DNA of 64,000 bases from Lingula anatina (Eukaryota; Animalia; Brachiopoda). The position numbers and the translations under genes were made by a program. The stretch is taken from assembly GCA_051362555.1 (NCBI GenBank), contig CM120642.1:20646001-20710000 (forward strand), read 5' to 3'. Every line of letters starts with the position of its first letter. The stretch's first letter is position 1. Under the pieces are notes generated by a model that ran no database searches, was not told the DNA's origin, and worked only from the letters and a program-made list of their open reading frames with translations. Shown here piece by piece: positions 15,092 through 28,800 of the stretch.

Positions 15092-16107
15092 TCCATATTC
15101 CATATATATATCATCCACGGAAATCTCATCACGCCGACACTAGTTACTGCACCAGAAAATGGCACACGCCCACAGAGCGGTAATAGGGACATGAGGGGCA
15201 GGACCCACACTTAGACTGACGGAAAAGCAAATACGTCTCCAGAATCTATATCTCATGGTCATAACTTGTAATTAAATAGTCTGGGAGAAATTACATAAAT
15301 TTTGGCTTTGAGGCAACCAGGTAGCTATCACTTACACCTATCCTGCCAATCTCATTCCAGGCAGGTGCCACGACCTTTACTCTGATCTTGTCGAATGGAA
15401 CACGCACCCGGAATATCAGTGAACACGAGGCAAGTTCTGCTCTATGCGAGGTATGCAATGATGTGCACAATCGTAGATGGCAGCAAAGATAGCAATTTTA
15501 ATTTCCTACTAAAAAATGCCTGCTAGTGTCATCGGCTCAAAAGTGGATCGAGTTTATTTGTGATTCATTAATGGGAAAATACACGTTTAAAACGTGATCA
15601 ATAACAGTAATATTTGTAAACGCAGCAGGAAGAACCAACGAGTCTAAGCTGAGTGAAGGCATTATAACGGTTTCTTTCTAGAAATCGAGTTATGACAGTA
15701 TTAGAAGGAAAGAAAAATGCATGTTGACATTGGCCATCAATGCAGAAATGTAGAAAAAAACCGTATCTGTACAGTATTTCGCCCTGTATACCTGTACCTA
15801 AGACTAAATGAACCGGTTGCCTGCTGTGGTATTTCCGCTAAAGACCCTTAGCCAACACGAACAGACATGAAAAACGGTTGTAGATATAAAAAACAAACAA
15901 AATGTTAGGCATCGATCATATAAATTCAATTGACTTTTTCTATCCATCGATTTACGGAAGACCACCCCTGTGTTGATGCGAAAACGTTGATCAACACACT
16001 ATGCTGTAGTCAGGAAGGCCGGGAAAACACTAGGTGGACATGAAATACTACTTGGACATCATCCCATCTTGAAAAAAAGAAAAAAGTAACATGAAACGGG
16101 TGCACGC

Positions 16108-16147
<40 letters not shown>

Positions 16148-17100
16148 CACACACCCAGTTGGCATTATTTTGATAAGCTCATTTAATATATTCTGTACAC
16201 ATGTACCCCCACAAGCAAGAAAAAAGAGGAAAAGAGAGAGTCCGAGAGAGAGAGATACATCAAGATAAGATTCAACCAACTTTAATAACGAGTACTGAAT
16301 GGACATGCCCAGTTTGGTATTAAATTGATTTAAATGTCAATTTTAATATAAAAAACATCCATTAAAGTATACATTTGGATAGCTTTTAAAGTGTAATTGT
16401 CTTGAGTCTAGCAATTTATGTTCCTAGACACAAAAGTCAATCAATTTTCCTTTCCTTTGATACTAAGAGGTTAGGAATGTTTTATGGACCACCCGGTAAA
16501 TCAAGGGCCCCTTTAGACTATTCTAAATTTAGAAGAATAAAAGGCAACGACCTTAAAGCAAATTCTGACTCTGCACTTACCCTCTACCAGGGCGACAGGC
16601 TGATTTTTCACCAGATATCCACAGATATGTCTTTAGATAAATAGACAGTCATGTCATTATCTGCTTTTTGAAAATTTTCCAATAATATCTGCCACCCTGG
16701 TAGAGGGTACTCTGCACTGGCAATACCATACAATTTAACAACAGTCCTATATATAGTAACCTTGGTGGATAATTTTCGAACAAAATATTAACATATTATT
16801 ATTATTCCACATTAAACAATAATAATACTTCATCAATTTTGAATTTTTTTATATAGGCATCTCCGAGAAATCGGGTGAACCATCTTACCATCTGGAAGCA
16901 TGTTTTACCATCTTTCATCAACTACACAGCACTGTACCTTTCGCAATATTTAGTAAATAATAAAATATTCCCAGGTTACTTGAATTGTTCAACAAATGTC
17001 ACCAGTATTTATCCACCACTCACCTGGAGGCTTTGGACTCTGAAATTGTCAAATGGATTAACACCAAAATCAAAAACAACGCCGTGGACTTGAGATCCAT
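4113..17100 (-). CDS. Cys-loop ligand-gated chloride channel subunit (glycine receptor/GluCl-like), 8 exons, 400 aa
   Basis: Exons in minus-strand order: 17100-17024 (signal peptide MDLKSTALFLILVLIHLTISES), 12956-12892 (LLTELFNGYDASLPP), 12512-12445, 9899-9670 (FLRRTWTD, WVPDLFFSNEK), 9318-9236 (Cys-loop CPMHLEKFPLDTQVC), 8974-8828, 5294-4948 (M1-M3 with VPARITLG, the PAR anion-selectivity motif), 4298-4113 (M4 LDRISRVVFPVSFLIFNMIYW, stop). All introns are GT-AG, phases agree, total 1203 nt. Confidence 0.93.
4301..4346. repeat. (AAT)n microsatellite abutting the acceptor of the last channel exon
   Basis: Perfect AAT run followed by a short ATG repeat. Confidence 0.9.
5785..8824. mobile_element. 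Non-autonomous DNA transposon, ~3.0 kb, ~450-bp imperfect TIRs, TA TSD, in channel intron 6
   Basis: Left end CGGGTCAGTGTATGGGGGGGCAAAGTGATTTCCATTTCGTCAGAAAATGAAAAAACGGCCG. The right end is its reverse complement (TGGGTCCGTGTATGGGGGGCAAAGTG...). Similarity extends to about 6240 and 8370. TA at 5783-84 and 8825-26. No transposase ORF; superfamily not assigned. Confidence 0.85.
7147..7478. mobile_element. Short poly-C/G MITE nested in the 3-kb element
   Basis: Ends TAGGTGGCGGATTT ... GGATCCACCCCTG form an imperfect inverted pair (CAGGGGYGGATCC type) with internal poly-C tracts. Confidence 0.45.
11782..11970. mobile_element. Harbinger-like palindromic MITE
   Basis: TIRs AGGCTGCATTCATAAC / GTTGTGAATGTGGCCT; inner inverted GATCCTCGGATCAAAT / ATTTGATCCGCGGATC. 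Confidence 0.65.
11972..12101. mobile_element. Second related MITE directly abutting the previous one
   Basis: TIRs AAAGTGCGTTCAAAACA / TGTTCTGAACGCGCTCT; shares GATCCG(A/C)GGA and ATTACGCGGC motifs with its neighbour. Confidence 0.55.
16578..16709. mobile_element. 132-bp MITE with perfect 9-bp TSD in channel intron 1
   Basis: TIRs TACCCTCTACCAGGG / CCCTGGTAGAGGGTA; TSD CTCTGCACT at 16569-16577 and 16710-16718. Confidence 0.85.
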
Positions 17101-19932
17101 TCTTCTTTCTTTGGTGCTCGCACTCTGACTTAGCCAAGTCTTCCCGTATTCTATCTATACCACTGACACATTTGCCAGAACCCTAGCATAGTATACCATT
17201 GGGTTCCTCTCGCTCTGAGAGAGAGGCATTGTGACTCGCGCAGTGTAGATTTAACCACTGAGTATCCAGTGATTTATAGCAGAGGCGTCAGAGCAGTATT
17301 GAGGAGGGGGGGGGGGGGGGGCTAGCCACCTCCCGTGTTTTTAACATTATCAGTCATAAGCGTGGGAAGAAGCGGGATGGGGGAACCCACGCTCCGGAAG
17401 GCAGGACATGCTTTGATACCCTGCCCCACCCCCAAGGATTTAAGGAGCTAAGAGGACCCCACCCCACTCCACCCACCCCCTGAATGAGGGGGTTCCAACC
17501 CCAGGGATGTAAAGGGGCTGCGGATACCCCACCCCCACCGCTATGTTTTCTGAATGCTTATCCCCCTCTCCCCCCAAAAAACACACATGGACACATACAC
17601 ACACACATTTCGCCTTCGTTTTCTTCATCACGTGCAGCACGCATTCACGATGCTAGCTAAACCCTGGTCCCATAACCCATACTGTTATAATATATCTGTC
17701 TGATAGAATTTTCTTATTTTTTTACTCGTATATTTGTCAATATTTCATCCATATAAGGATTTTAAAAATGATACGTGCCCATGTTAGTGTTGTCGCCAAG
17801 GGGATTTGGATTTTGGGTTCAATTACGACAGAACCCTATAGGGAATTTTATTGCTTTTGCACATCTTTTCAATTTTCCTGACAGATGAAATGTTTAATAG
17901 TCCATATTCCTAAATATGGACTTTAGTTCATATGGCCAACTTAATAATGATGGGTATCCATGTAAATGCACAGCATACAACTTGGCTATTATTCAGCTTA
18001 TTTGGTTTCAGAGTGCGATGTTTTGTTTTGAAAGGACTTTCGCACAATTCAATCGACTTTCTTTTTTTTTTTTTTTTTTGACACGTCATCCTTCACATTT
18101 TTACATTTTCACATTTCACAGTTTGCTGGCTATTTATCGACTTAAAGGCAGCCATGTTATAATTACCAAGAAAAACAAGCAGGAAAGTAACCGAGGTATA
18201 TATGAGTCATATTCTGCTTGAACATTTCTGAAAAAAATCCCTGAAGAAGGCCTAGAGGCCGACAGCTTGGTTTAGATATTACATCTTTATAGTAGATCTT
18301 CATAGATGCATCAGTATAATAACCCAATTGCTTCTTAAAGTTCTATACAGTGATTTGATGTGAATCTTCAATGTAAACTTTTTAAAACGTTAAACACATT
18401 TTATTTATGCTAATAAAGAACACGCATGGGCACACCGCGACAGTCTGAAGCTATCGATCTACGTAGATCTACCCAACTCAGTGCAATCAGATTTACACGC
18501 CTCCTCCTAGCGTTGAAAAAATACAGAATGGAGATTGTGATTGTACGAGTACGTAGGAAACAAAAAGAAGCGTGTTAATCTGTTTATCTGATTGCATTCA
18601 GCGAGAGTCCCCGCGGAGTTGGATTGATCTAAGTAGAAGGATAGTTTTATTGGGAATATTCCATGGCTAAGAACTATAGTTAATAATACAATGAGATGTG
18701 GCACAAGATATTCCTTTCAAATCGCAACCTATGTATACACGGGTATCATTATGCACCATATCTTGTATAGCACCTTAGTTATACCCAATGAGAAAAAGTA
18801 ACAGACTTACTTTGTCCGCTGATATTGTTAGATATGGATAATGTCACAACAAGCACGCAAGCGGGAAAACACACACGCGCGTGCGCGCGCACATACACAT
18901 ACACACACACACAAACACACACACATACATTCACACACGTTTAATATTCTTGCGTTCTTACGCGCCTCCTTCGAGATAAAACTTTTTGTCTTAAGCAGGG
19001 TGACATCCAATTTTTCAAGTAATACATTTGGGGGGTTGGGCACTGATTCAACCAATGGCAATTATAACTGTAATACGGATTTTGACTAAAGATCACTATA
19101 AATTTTCAGGAAATTGTGGTAGCTGAGATCAACATTTTCAGTTTGATGTTATGGTGACATGATATTTTATACATTCCGTTGTCTATTGCTTTAATTCAGG
19201 TAAGAATTCAAGAGAGGGGGCGGGGGGGGGGGGGGGGTAATCAAGATCAGATTCATTCCATTGGTGGGCAGTCAGAGTGATGTATAAATAAAAATATGAC
19301 TCATGTACAGGTACGAATTTCCTCACTTGACGGCCCTAAGTTAGATACCATACCAATGAACCTGCCCATAAGCACCTTTTACCTTTAGTTTATAGTTAAC
19401 GGCACTGATAGATTAATTTAAAGGTTGAGTAAATTGGTAAACATTCCCAACATGACAGTAAAATAAACCAACAATATATTTACAAAAAGCAATCTTTCTT
19501 AAACGGGAATAAGACTGACAAGAGTTGTTCACAGTAAGGTCTTTGTTTTTCATCCACAAATTGTATTGATCCATGTCTAACATTAAGCCGTGCTACTAAT
19601 GCAGAATAGTCATCCTTTGTTCAGCCCATATTTGGAATTGGGACATTTTAAAATAAAATAAAAACGTGTATCTCCTCCAGAAAAAGTCATTTTTCTTTAC
19701 TGGACCCTTTAAACTGGTTAATAACAAAGTATTTTGTTATCACGTTATAGACACGCTGAAAAAAGTTAGCAAAAAATTAGTTTTGAAAACGGAAGGCCCT
19801 TTAATTATATATAAACTCTTAAAATGTTATATTTTTTTAATGAAAATTGATGGACATTCATAGGTTTGCATTTGAATAAACTATACTAATATCTGGGGAT
19901 AGCTCTCTCTCTCGCGCGGTACTTCTATCATA

Positions 19933-20205
19933 AGATGATTGACGTTTGTTTATATAACCGCCAATCAAACTGTCATCACTTGACAGCAGCTGTCAAAACT
20001 TAATGAATTTGATTGGCACCTTGTCAATCAAAGGATGTAAGAAGCTGGAATTTTATATGTTAGACGACCATTGTGCTCAACTGTGCAATGATGTGATTGA
20101 CGTTTGTTTATAACTGTCAATCAAAGTCACGTTTATTTGACAGCTTTCGTCAAAGTTGAATAAAACTGTATGAATTTGATTGAGAGCTGTCAATCACAAG
20201 ACGTA
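19933..20205. repeat. Degenerate tandem duplication (~160-bp spacing) with internal palindromes
   Basis: TGATTGACGTTTGTTTATA...CAATCAAA...TTGACAGC...TGAATTTGATTG...TGTCAATCA occurs twice. Confidence 0.6.
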
Positions 20206-21516
20206 TTGTAACTCGAGGTAGAAAATATATTTTAAAATTTTTAGCATTTCTCTTAGAAAGAGTCTCGATAGATACGTTTGAAAAGGTAACGCGCTCTAAA
20301 TCGTTTACGTCCCTATAGATTTACGTACTCGTATTTTAAGACCAGATACCGATAAATCCACTTGCCGCCTTATCCCCTTGAGAAGCACATTAACCTAAGT
20401 AATTTCTTAGAATTGTCTACGGTCCTTGTTTGAAAAGGACGGGGAAAACTAAACCAGCAATTTGACTACATAACATTGGAGAAAGATAGTAACGTTTTTT
20501 CACAGGTGTTAGTACTAAAAGCCCAGGCGTAAATGTATTATTTTATTTTCTTGAAATGATATGAAATGGCTATATGGGCCATTTCAAGAATAATGGCTAA
20601 TTTTGAATAAACTCAGAAATTTTGTAAAAATGGAAGGAATGTAAAGGTCATGTATTTTCCCTCCAGGTGGTGCTGCCGTACGATCGGGTTTGGCAAAAAC
20701 TGCTCAGGTGAAATATAGTGGACCATACAGCCAGTGACCTTCGTAAGGTCGTTTTATTTGGGGGTGGATTAGGGTCCGGGATCTGTCTTTTGCAGGTATA
20801 TTTTGAAAGATGTTGGACACAAATGAATGCGTCCCATATATTTTTATTTCAGTAAATTGCAAATCGAGTTTCACCGGTGATATAATGGTGACTGCTGAAT
20901 ATAAAAGGCGCTCACTTCATCCTGGTCCCCCTTTAATCTAATTGAATCTCCAACCAAGAAAGAGATGTCATTTCTTCGGTTTTTAGTGAGCAGGAAGTGG
21001 ATGCAATGTGGCCTGGATATTAAGTATACGAATATTTTAATTATAACAGATTCGATGTAATGTTTTAAGATAATAGTGGTGGTACATGTAGATGCTGTGC
21101 TTCTTAAAAAAGCTTTTTGATGCGTTCATGCTGAAAACTAGTTTTGGCCATTCACCGATATTTCCCCACACGTAACATTTTGCTTCGTCCGTCACGCCGT
21201 CACCTTATCAAGTAACAATTCCAATTCTTTGGGTATAGTGTAAAAAATCAGTAACAGTAAAAGTTTAACGTGGGAAAATGTTGTGGAATGGCCCGCTTGA
21301 CAGCCTAGATTTCCGCATGTTCATGTGCATTGAGCCGTTGGTAGAGTAATTTAAGTACATATGAAAGGTGTTACAACATACTTCTGTTTCAATTTTTGGC
21401 ACGATTTCACAAATTAAGTTGTATTATTTCAATTCGTCAAATTTGTGAGCCGAATTCTATCTGTAGATCTACAGGTTTCAGGTATACGGGCGACATGATA
21501 GCGCGAAATGCTGTTT

Positions 21517-23491
21517 TAGTCTAGATGACTGGTGCAAAAATTGCTCAAAAGGTGGAAAAAGCATGAAACTTGGCACAAATGTTCTTTGGACTATGCTGAT
21601 CATTTTCAAGGGCAGTGCCCAAAATTTCAAAGCGTTGCTTAGCAACCGTTGCTAAGGAAGTGATTTACCTTAGTAACAAGCTAATTGGACCTTTCTTGTT
21701 CAGTTTAAATGATTTAAAAAGGCTTTTAATAATGTTTCAAACCATCAGAACTATCACTATACTATTTTAAGACATTAAAAACCCAAGTAAACCATTGCAA
21801 CAGTTGCTAGGCAGCATATTACCCTAGCAACAAGTATTTAACATGCTGAATTAGCCCAGAAAGTTAGTGTTAAGGTTGATTTTTTGTTGAGTTCCTCTAG
21901 ACAGAGGGGAGTTCAAATGTCATTAATAATATCATTGATGTAAAAAAAAACAAAAACATTTTTACACCATCTTTTATGGAAAATAGTTTTTTAATTTTTT
22001 TCAATTTTTGAGTTTTGACATAATGGTTGTGATAAGATTTCATATGGGGTTAAATTGAAATTTTCCTGAATTTCATTCAAAGAACCAATAATGTTTGCCA
22101 AAAGGGATAAGAAGTTGCTTTTAGTATCTTTAATCCACCTTTTGTTACTACCGATTCCTGACATTTTGCCAAGAAAAACGCTCTCCACTTACTCTTATTT
22201 TCTTCATAAAGAAGTCTCTTAAGCCATGTAAAGTTTAGGGCCTTGGAAAAATTTTTATTTGCTGTACCTTTTTCCGTCCATTTTTGTAATCAGACGCCAT
22301 CCTTGCTCATTTTATTTTGTATCTTTTTCCATTCCTGATAAAGTTAAATATGATATGCATATTTTAAGTATTGAGGGAGGGGGGGGGGGGGGGCTGGTAG
22401 GAGAGTTTATACATGCCCTACGTAAGATGAGAAATACTAAAGGTTTAACCACTGTTGACTTTCCTATTATTGAAAGGTTTCTCAGAGACCAGATTTCCAA
22501 GATATTTTTCATTTTGTTCAATATTTTCTAAAAAGTTTTTTCACATTGTATTTTGTCAGTTCAGCATGGTTCTATTTTAATTCTATTTGTTAATCAATAA
22601 AGTTCAAAAGTTTCTGTTCACACCCAAAGGCCGTTAGATGCCATATCTTACTTCCACCAAGGCTGCTCTACATCAATATAAGAGTATTCTTGCGAGATGA
22701 ACATATCTGAATCAGCACTACGGTGCCATGTCATCAGATACCATGTGCTCACTCTGGTTGGACTTGTGCAGAACAGTGGGCCTAAGTGGACACATTTGCC
22801 AAAAGCTATTGACCTGTCCAGAGTTGCTCCAGTGTGCATGTAGGTACAGATGTAGAGGCTGACAATGTGCAAGGGCAAAATGCACTGTATATTGCACATA
22901 CAAGGGAGAATTAACTATTATTATTATTATTAACTAAGTTTTATAAAGAGTCGTAAGGTGATAAAAGCATGGAAATGGCTGGTTACTAATTTTGAACGTG
23001 CTGCCTTAAGTATCTGCACTGGCAATTTATTTGATCGGATGTGTGTAAACACACAATTGGTTCAACTTACTGGATTAAAAGTATGAATATCTTGCTCAAA
23101 AGTGTAGTTCTTAGCTAGTATTATAGATTTGCCTTACTTAATAGACTAACGCAACTTTAAATGCTTGTTGCTAGGGTAATATGCTGCCTAGCAATCGTGG
23201 CTAAGGTTAATTTGGGTTTTAATTGCCTTAAAATAGTCTAGTGATAGTTCTGATGCCCTGAAACATAGTTATTAGCATTTATAAACATTTTAAACTGGAC
23301 AAGAAAGGTCTAATTAGCTTGTTACTAAGGAAATTCACTTCCATAGCAACGGTTGCTAAACAACGCTTGGAAATTTTGGGCACTGCCCTTGAAAATGATC
23401 AGCATAGACCAAAGAACAATTGTGCCAAGTTTCATGCTTTTTCCACATTTTGAGCAATTTGGCCAAAATATAGCACCAGTCATCCAGACTA
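21517..23491. mobile_element. Academ-like non-autonomous DNA transposon (~2.0 kb)
   Basis: Termini TAGTCTAGATGACTGGTGC ... GCACCAGTCATCCAGACTA (TAG...CTA), about 330 bp of inverted repeat, 3-bp TSD TTT. TAG/CTA ends with a 3-4 bp TSD are the described Academ signature. Confidence 0.75.
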
Positions 23492-24103
23492 TTTGAAACG
23501 GATGTTGATCGTATTGTCAAGGGCTTGCTAGTTACACGCTTTTAATTCAAACCCTCTGGCAAGGGACATCTTTATATGCTTTCAAAGCAAATTATGAATG
23601 AGCTTTAAACCATTTTTTAAAACTAATTATAGATGTAAAATCATACTTGTGCTTAAAATATTTTTATTATTATGTGATATCACGAATTTAACGTTTTTGC
23701 AAATAAGATATTGAATGTTTTTTTTTACAACAGTGTGAACATCAGTTACAAAACTTGCTGTGCTTCTATAAAGAATCAGCGATCATTTTTTCACATAATT
23801 CCCTCAAATTTGCCGGGATGACATTTGTGAAATTGTACTATTTGCGGTATTTTAGTTCTAATGCGAATAAAATGCACGAAAAAGGAAAACGTTTTCCTGG
23901 GGCAGATAAATGGTTTTAAGTTCAATTTGACACTTTCGTCATTAGACAAAAGAAAGATCATTTGAAGTTGAAGCAATTTATCAAAATGGTCAAGCGTCTT
24001 TGAGTCTTGGTCGTGTATATTTGCATATTTTCACCTTAACGTTTTTTTATAATAGTAAACATTTTTCACTTTTATATGTAGCGGAGAGAAAGAATTCATA
24101 TAA

Positions 24104-24621
24104 TTCTAGATTACATATGCCATGCGATGTCCGTATATGGTGCTCGTGTACTGCCCGTATATCCCTTTTCGTCCTGCGTCTTTGCGGAGGCAGGCGGTGG
24201 CCGTGCGAAACGGTCTCCGTAGCCTCTTCGATTTTTTTAGCTAAAACTTCTGGCAATTTTTTCAAATCGTAAGCCCGTAGTGTTATCGTAGATGGCATTT
24301 ATAAATTTGAAATTGCGATTTTCCTTAACCTGACCTCATGGGCGAAAAAAATCGTAGGGGGCTGCGCCGACAACGATTGAAGCCGCACGTAAGAGCGTAT
24401 GGCAACTGCACCGAGAATGAAAGGGCTCCGTACGATCACTTTCAACCGAAAAACCGACTTTTTGCCCACGTGACTTAAAAGTGATTTCGGAGAAATGGTT
24501 CGGCACTTGCACGTAATGTTAACGCATTCGCCGTATCCCGTGAATACTTACGATGTCAAAAAAATCGTCCGGATAATCGTATACGTTTTCATCAGGCGGA
24601 ATCCATGGCAAATGTAATCAG
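24104..24621. mobile_element. Degraded copy of the AGCCTAGATTACA Harbinger-type MITE family
   Basis: Colinear with 47739-48312 (CTAGATTACA...GCCATGCGATGT...CGGTGGCCGTGCGAAA...TACTTACGATGTCAAAAAAATCGT). Confidence 0.65.
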
Positions 24622-25734
24622 TGAGATATAGAAGTAGCCTCAAGTAATTGGTCTTTACATTTTAAGTAGACCCATTCTTTTATCCAATTTCAATGATGAT
24701 TTGACAAGTATACATTAAGTGTTAAACTAAATGCTGATGGTAGTTTTTGTTTTTAACTTACGAGCATTTTACTCGTCAGTTTGCACCAAGCATGAAAGAT
24801 ACTTTCACTCTCTTTGAACGTAAGAAAATCAATTATTTATTATAAAGGCGAACATCTCGGATAAGACTTTTATATGGCAAAAGATAAATGAAGCAGAATT
24901 AAAAAAGGTCCTGGAAACTTTTACAATTTCCATTTATCTCAGTTGAGAAAATTACGACACATAAAGTAAAGTTCGAGTTCAAAATTTCTATTACTTTTAT
25001 CGTCACGAGCTTGTCACTGCTCTCTGTCTCCATTGCGAATAAAAGACGAGAACTTTGGAAATCGTATTTGGTATATCTCGGTGATTACGAAAAACAGTGA
25101 AATTTCCGAGAAAGTTAAATTTTTGCTATATAAAAGTCTCAGTTTCAATATGTGCTTCTCGAGATTTACTTTTGATTCTGGGAAAAGGGTTGATCATCTC
25201 TTAAAATATGCTGCTCTTGCTTCTCTTGATTAAGATACCCCATTTTGGGGGGTCGGTGGGTCCATGTCCATCATTGTTTTTTAACGAAGAATGTATAAAT
25301 GTCTTTGTATTTTAAATTACTTTCTTTGATATCAATTAAGACAAAATATAAGGCAAGTAATGTAGTTGATATTTTATTTGTCAAGTGAAATAAGGTTTGT
25401 AACTTGTAAGATATTCAGACATTACTTACATACTCAAACATTCAACATTGTATTGATTAAAATATTAAGAACTGTTTTTACAGTAAGAAAATTTAACATA
25501 AATGAATACATAACTGTACTGTATAAACTGATATTTGTTCGTTTGCTTTTAATAAAAAGCCTTTTCAAATATTCAAAAGTTTTATTATTTTCTCTAATTT
25601 TTGCATAGCTAAGGGGTAAACAGGGATTAGGGTTCAATTTCTTACTTGGGTAATTGAAAATTCGACGTGCTATAGAAGGACTATAAAATTTTTTCTTTGG
25701 TTACTATAAAACGAAAGTCTATCCGCGGAGGGTG

Positions 25735-25855
25735 GGTGGGAACACTTGGAGAAGTAGGTAGCGCGCTTGCCTCCGAACCAGCAGGTCCCCGAGTTCGATT
25801 CCTGGTGTTACTAGGTCCCAGTAAATTACCCTTTGCAAAAAAAGTCCACAAGACC
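25735..25855 (+). mobile_element. tRNA-derived SINE head remnant
   Basis: A-box-like TGGAGAAGTAGGTAGCGCGCTTGCCT and B-box GAGTTCGATTCC; no complete cloverleaf. Confidence 0.45.
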
Positions 25856-28800
25856 AATTTAAATTTAAATTAAATTTAAACTACTAGATAAATAGTTAAA
25901 TGATTTATTTCAACGTGAGCAGAAAGTACAAAGTATTTATACAAACCCCAGAATGCACTAAATATATATATAATCAGCGTTACAAAAACGAAATTATACT
26001 CAAGTTGGTCGATATACACGATACATACTTAATACATGATAATAAAACAGTAAAACCATGTTAGCTACAAAAGGATCCTTTTCAAATTTGAACAATTATT
26101 AAAGAAAAGTTTATAATATCTTCAAGGTTTTGGTCAGGATTGAAAAATAAAGCATATTGATGATAAACCTTTTCATTCTCTTAAACTTTGACGTTCATAT
26201 ATATACCTGTATTATAATTGAGTGCAAATTGCATCGAGGTTAATTTCAATCAAAATTCTACTGTGTGGACGATATCGGCATTTCAAAATGGTGTTCAGTG
26301 TTTAAAAAAAACACTCAGTAAAGATAAATTATCAGGGCGTGGGACTGGCAACTATCATCCCTCTCGAAGTCGATAACCCAGGGATCCCGACCAAAAAAAA
26401 AAAAATGCATTAAGAAAGTGCTAGGTGCAAGACCGGCCTAACTGAATAAAACGTTCACCTGCAAATTATTTGTCAAAGTTTTAGAAAAAGAAAATGCTAC
26501 GAAAAAAGTGAGTTTTAACAATGATTCAGCGAATTCCCAAGTTACTGACCAAAATGTAACAAAAGCCGAACAATAATGTTCAAAATATATAAAAAAAACG
26601 TTAATGAGATTCTCCTTAAACGTTTTTATATTGACCCTTAGATTGTAACATTTTGTTCGGACAAAACTGACAAAAGTTGACAATCAAAAATTATCACCGA
26701 ATTAATTAAGATATCCCCCCCCCAAAAAAAAAAAAAAAAACAAAAAGCAAAATTTGATAATTTTCCAAAAATTTGAACTATAAATTCCAGTTCTACATAG
26801 ATTTTCAAATAAAATAAAATAGTTTCTATGATTTACTGTTTTTTTCTAGATAAGCATTTCCATTTATAATCTGTGATATTAGCAAAAAGTATTGAACAAC
26901 AAAAAATGGGCTCAATGCTGGGAAAGACCAAACAATATTTCTTATCATGTTTTCAACACATAACCCCCTACAGCAATAATATATTAATATTGGACATGAA
27001 GATCTCTTCCAACCCCTGCTTTCATTTTCTTCACACAAACATTTCAGACACATTCCCAGCAGAGAACATATGGCTGCATTACTTATAATAGTACATTTAC
27101 ACTATATTAACACTCAAAATACTGAATACGTTACAACCACATATTCACTATATTATGAAGTTTGTTCTAATACATGTGGGCAATTCTGCAATAGTGTGGG
27201 TACATTTTTGTCACTTTTATAATGCTGTAATTCCCAGAGTTTTGTAACTTTGATTAGAGTGTTTTGAAGTTTTAATATCCTTACATCTCGCCTTCTCCTT
27301 CAACTGAACGCACAAAATGTGCGCCTCAAAAAAGTTTCCTACTTGTTTTATACGTTATAGAGTAAAGACTTTTCTTCTTTTCAGAAATAAACTTCATCAT
27401 TATTAACATTTGAATTTAACTTAAAATGAACAAACAATGCATTGAACATTTACCCACATTAATACTGCCAAAGTGAAAACCGGGCGTACATATGTACTAG
27501 CACAGAACTCTAGCCGAACATTTGTTAGTGATAATATTTAATGTTTTAGTTTCGAGATCTGACGCAAACTCATTCAGGACCCAAGTGTATAAACAAATGA
27601 ACAACAAAAACACCATGAAAGGATAACGCACTGTGCCACATGTGCGACGTGGTAGCATATGTATAGTATTCAACCAGCGTATAGCGTATAGCTTTAGTAT
27701 CATTTCTTTTTTTTCCCTTATTTCTGTCAAAATTCCATGAACAAAATGCTTGTTGCACTAAAACCAACTTCGACAAGCGAGACAATCTTGGCTTGGGTGC
27801 GGGTGATGTCGAACATGAATCTCGTGTCTTTGATGGAGGACCCCAGTATCCTTGTGAACCGTAGGTAAGAGTCACTGAAATGAAACAATGATAAACACAT
27901 TCACGAAATGATATTTAAGGACTTGATAAACCAAAATAATCCTTTGAGCAATCCAATCGGTATGCAACATAGTATATTAATAAATCATTATCCAACTTTA
28001 AAATCATGAGTGCATTGAACCAACACGTTCTATACAATCACACACTTGATGCAATAATATAATTTCCATTCATTTATATAATATATAGGCCTATGCAATG
28101 TTACACGACAACATACTGTATTAAAACATTAATTGATACTAATTGATATAAGATCGATATTAAAAAGGTTGTATAAGAGAGGTCGGATTGCACAGATGTT
28201 CACGGAAGTTAATTGCAATTAATTAAAACATTTGACAGAATGATCTAGTTCACATAAGAGAAAAGAACGAAATAATCATAATCGAGACACGTGATCAATG
28301 ACGGATCCAGGATTTTGGAGGGGGGTCTAGGATAACATAATCGTCTCACTTTGTTAGAAAAATATAAAACGAAAGAAGAGAACAATTTTACTGTAATTTG
28401 TAGAGCACAACGGTGCGAATGGGGATTTCGTTTCGTTCGTTAGATTGGTTTTGGAGGAGGGAGAAAGGGTCCCATCGAAGCTCAACAAAATATAATTATA
28501 ATAATTTTAAAACATGTTAGAATTATATATATATATATAACTAAAAAAAAGAGGAGATGGATTTACATGTGGTGCTCGCCAAACACGTAGTGTAAACGAC
28601 CGGTTGGACGATGAAAAATAAAATCTAGGGAATTAGTTACACTGTTAATAGATTTGTCTCGTTTCGTTCATAAGAATCAAGCAAATCTATTTGCTATCGT
28701 CTGATTCTGTATCTAGAAAGAATTGTTTGCAGTTAGTGTACTTTAAAAACAGGCTATATTTTATACTTAAATACAAACTGCTACTGTCAGCAATACAGAG

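Noticed and set aside
25735-25830. Functional tRNA gene
   Set aside because: A/B boxes are present but there is no pairing acceptor stem; treated as a SINE head.
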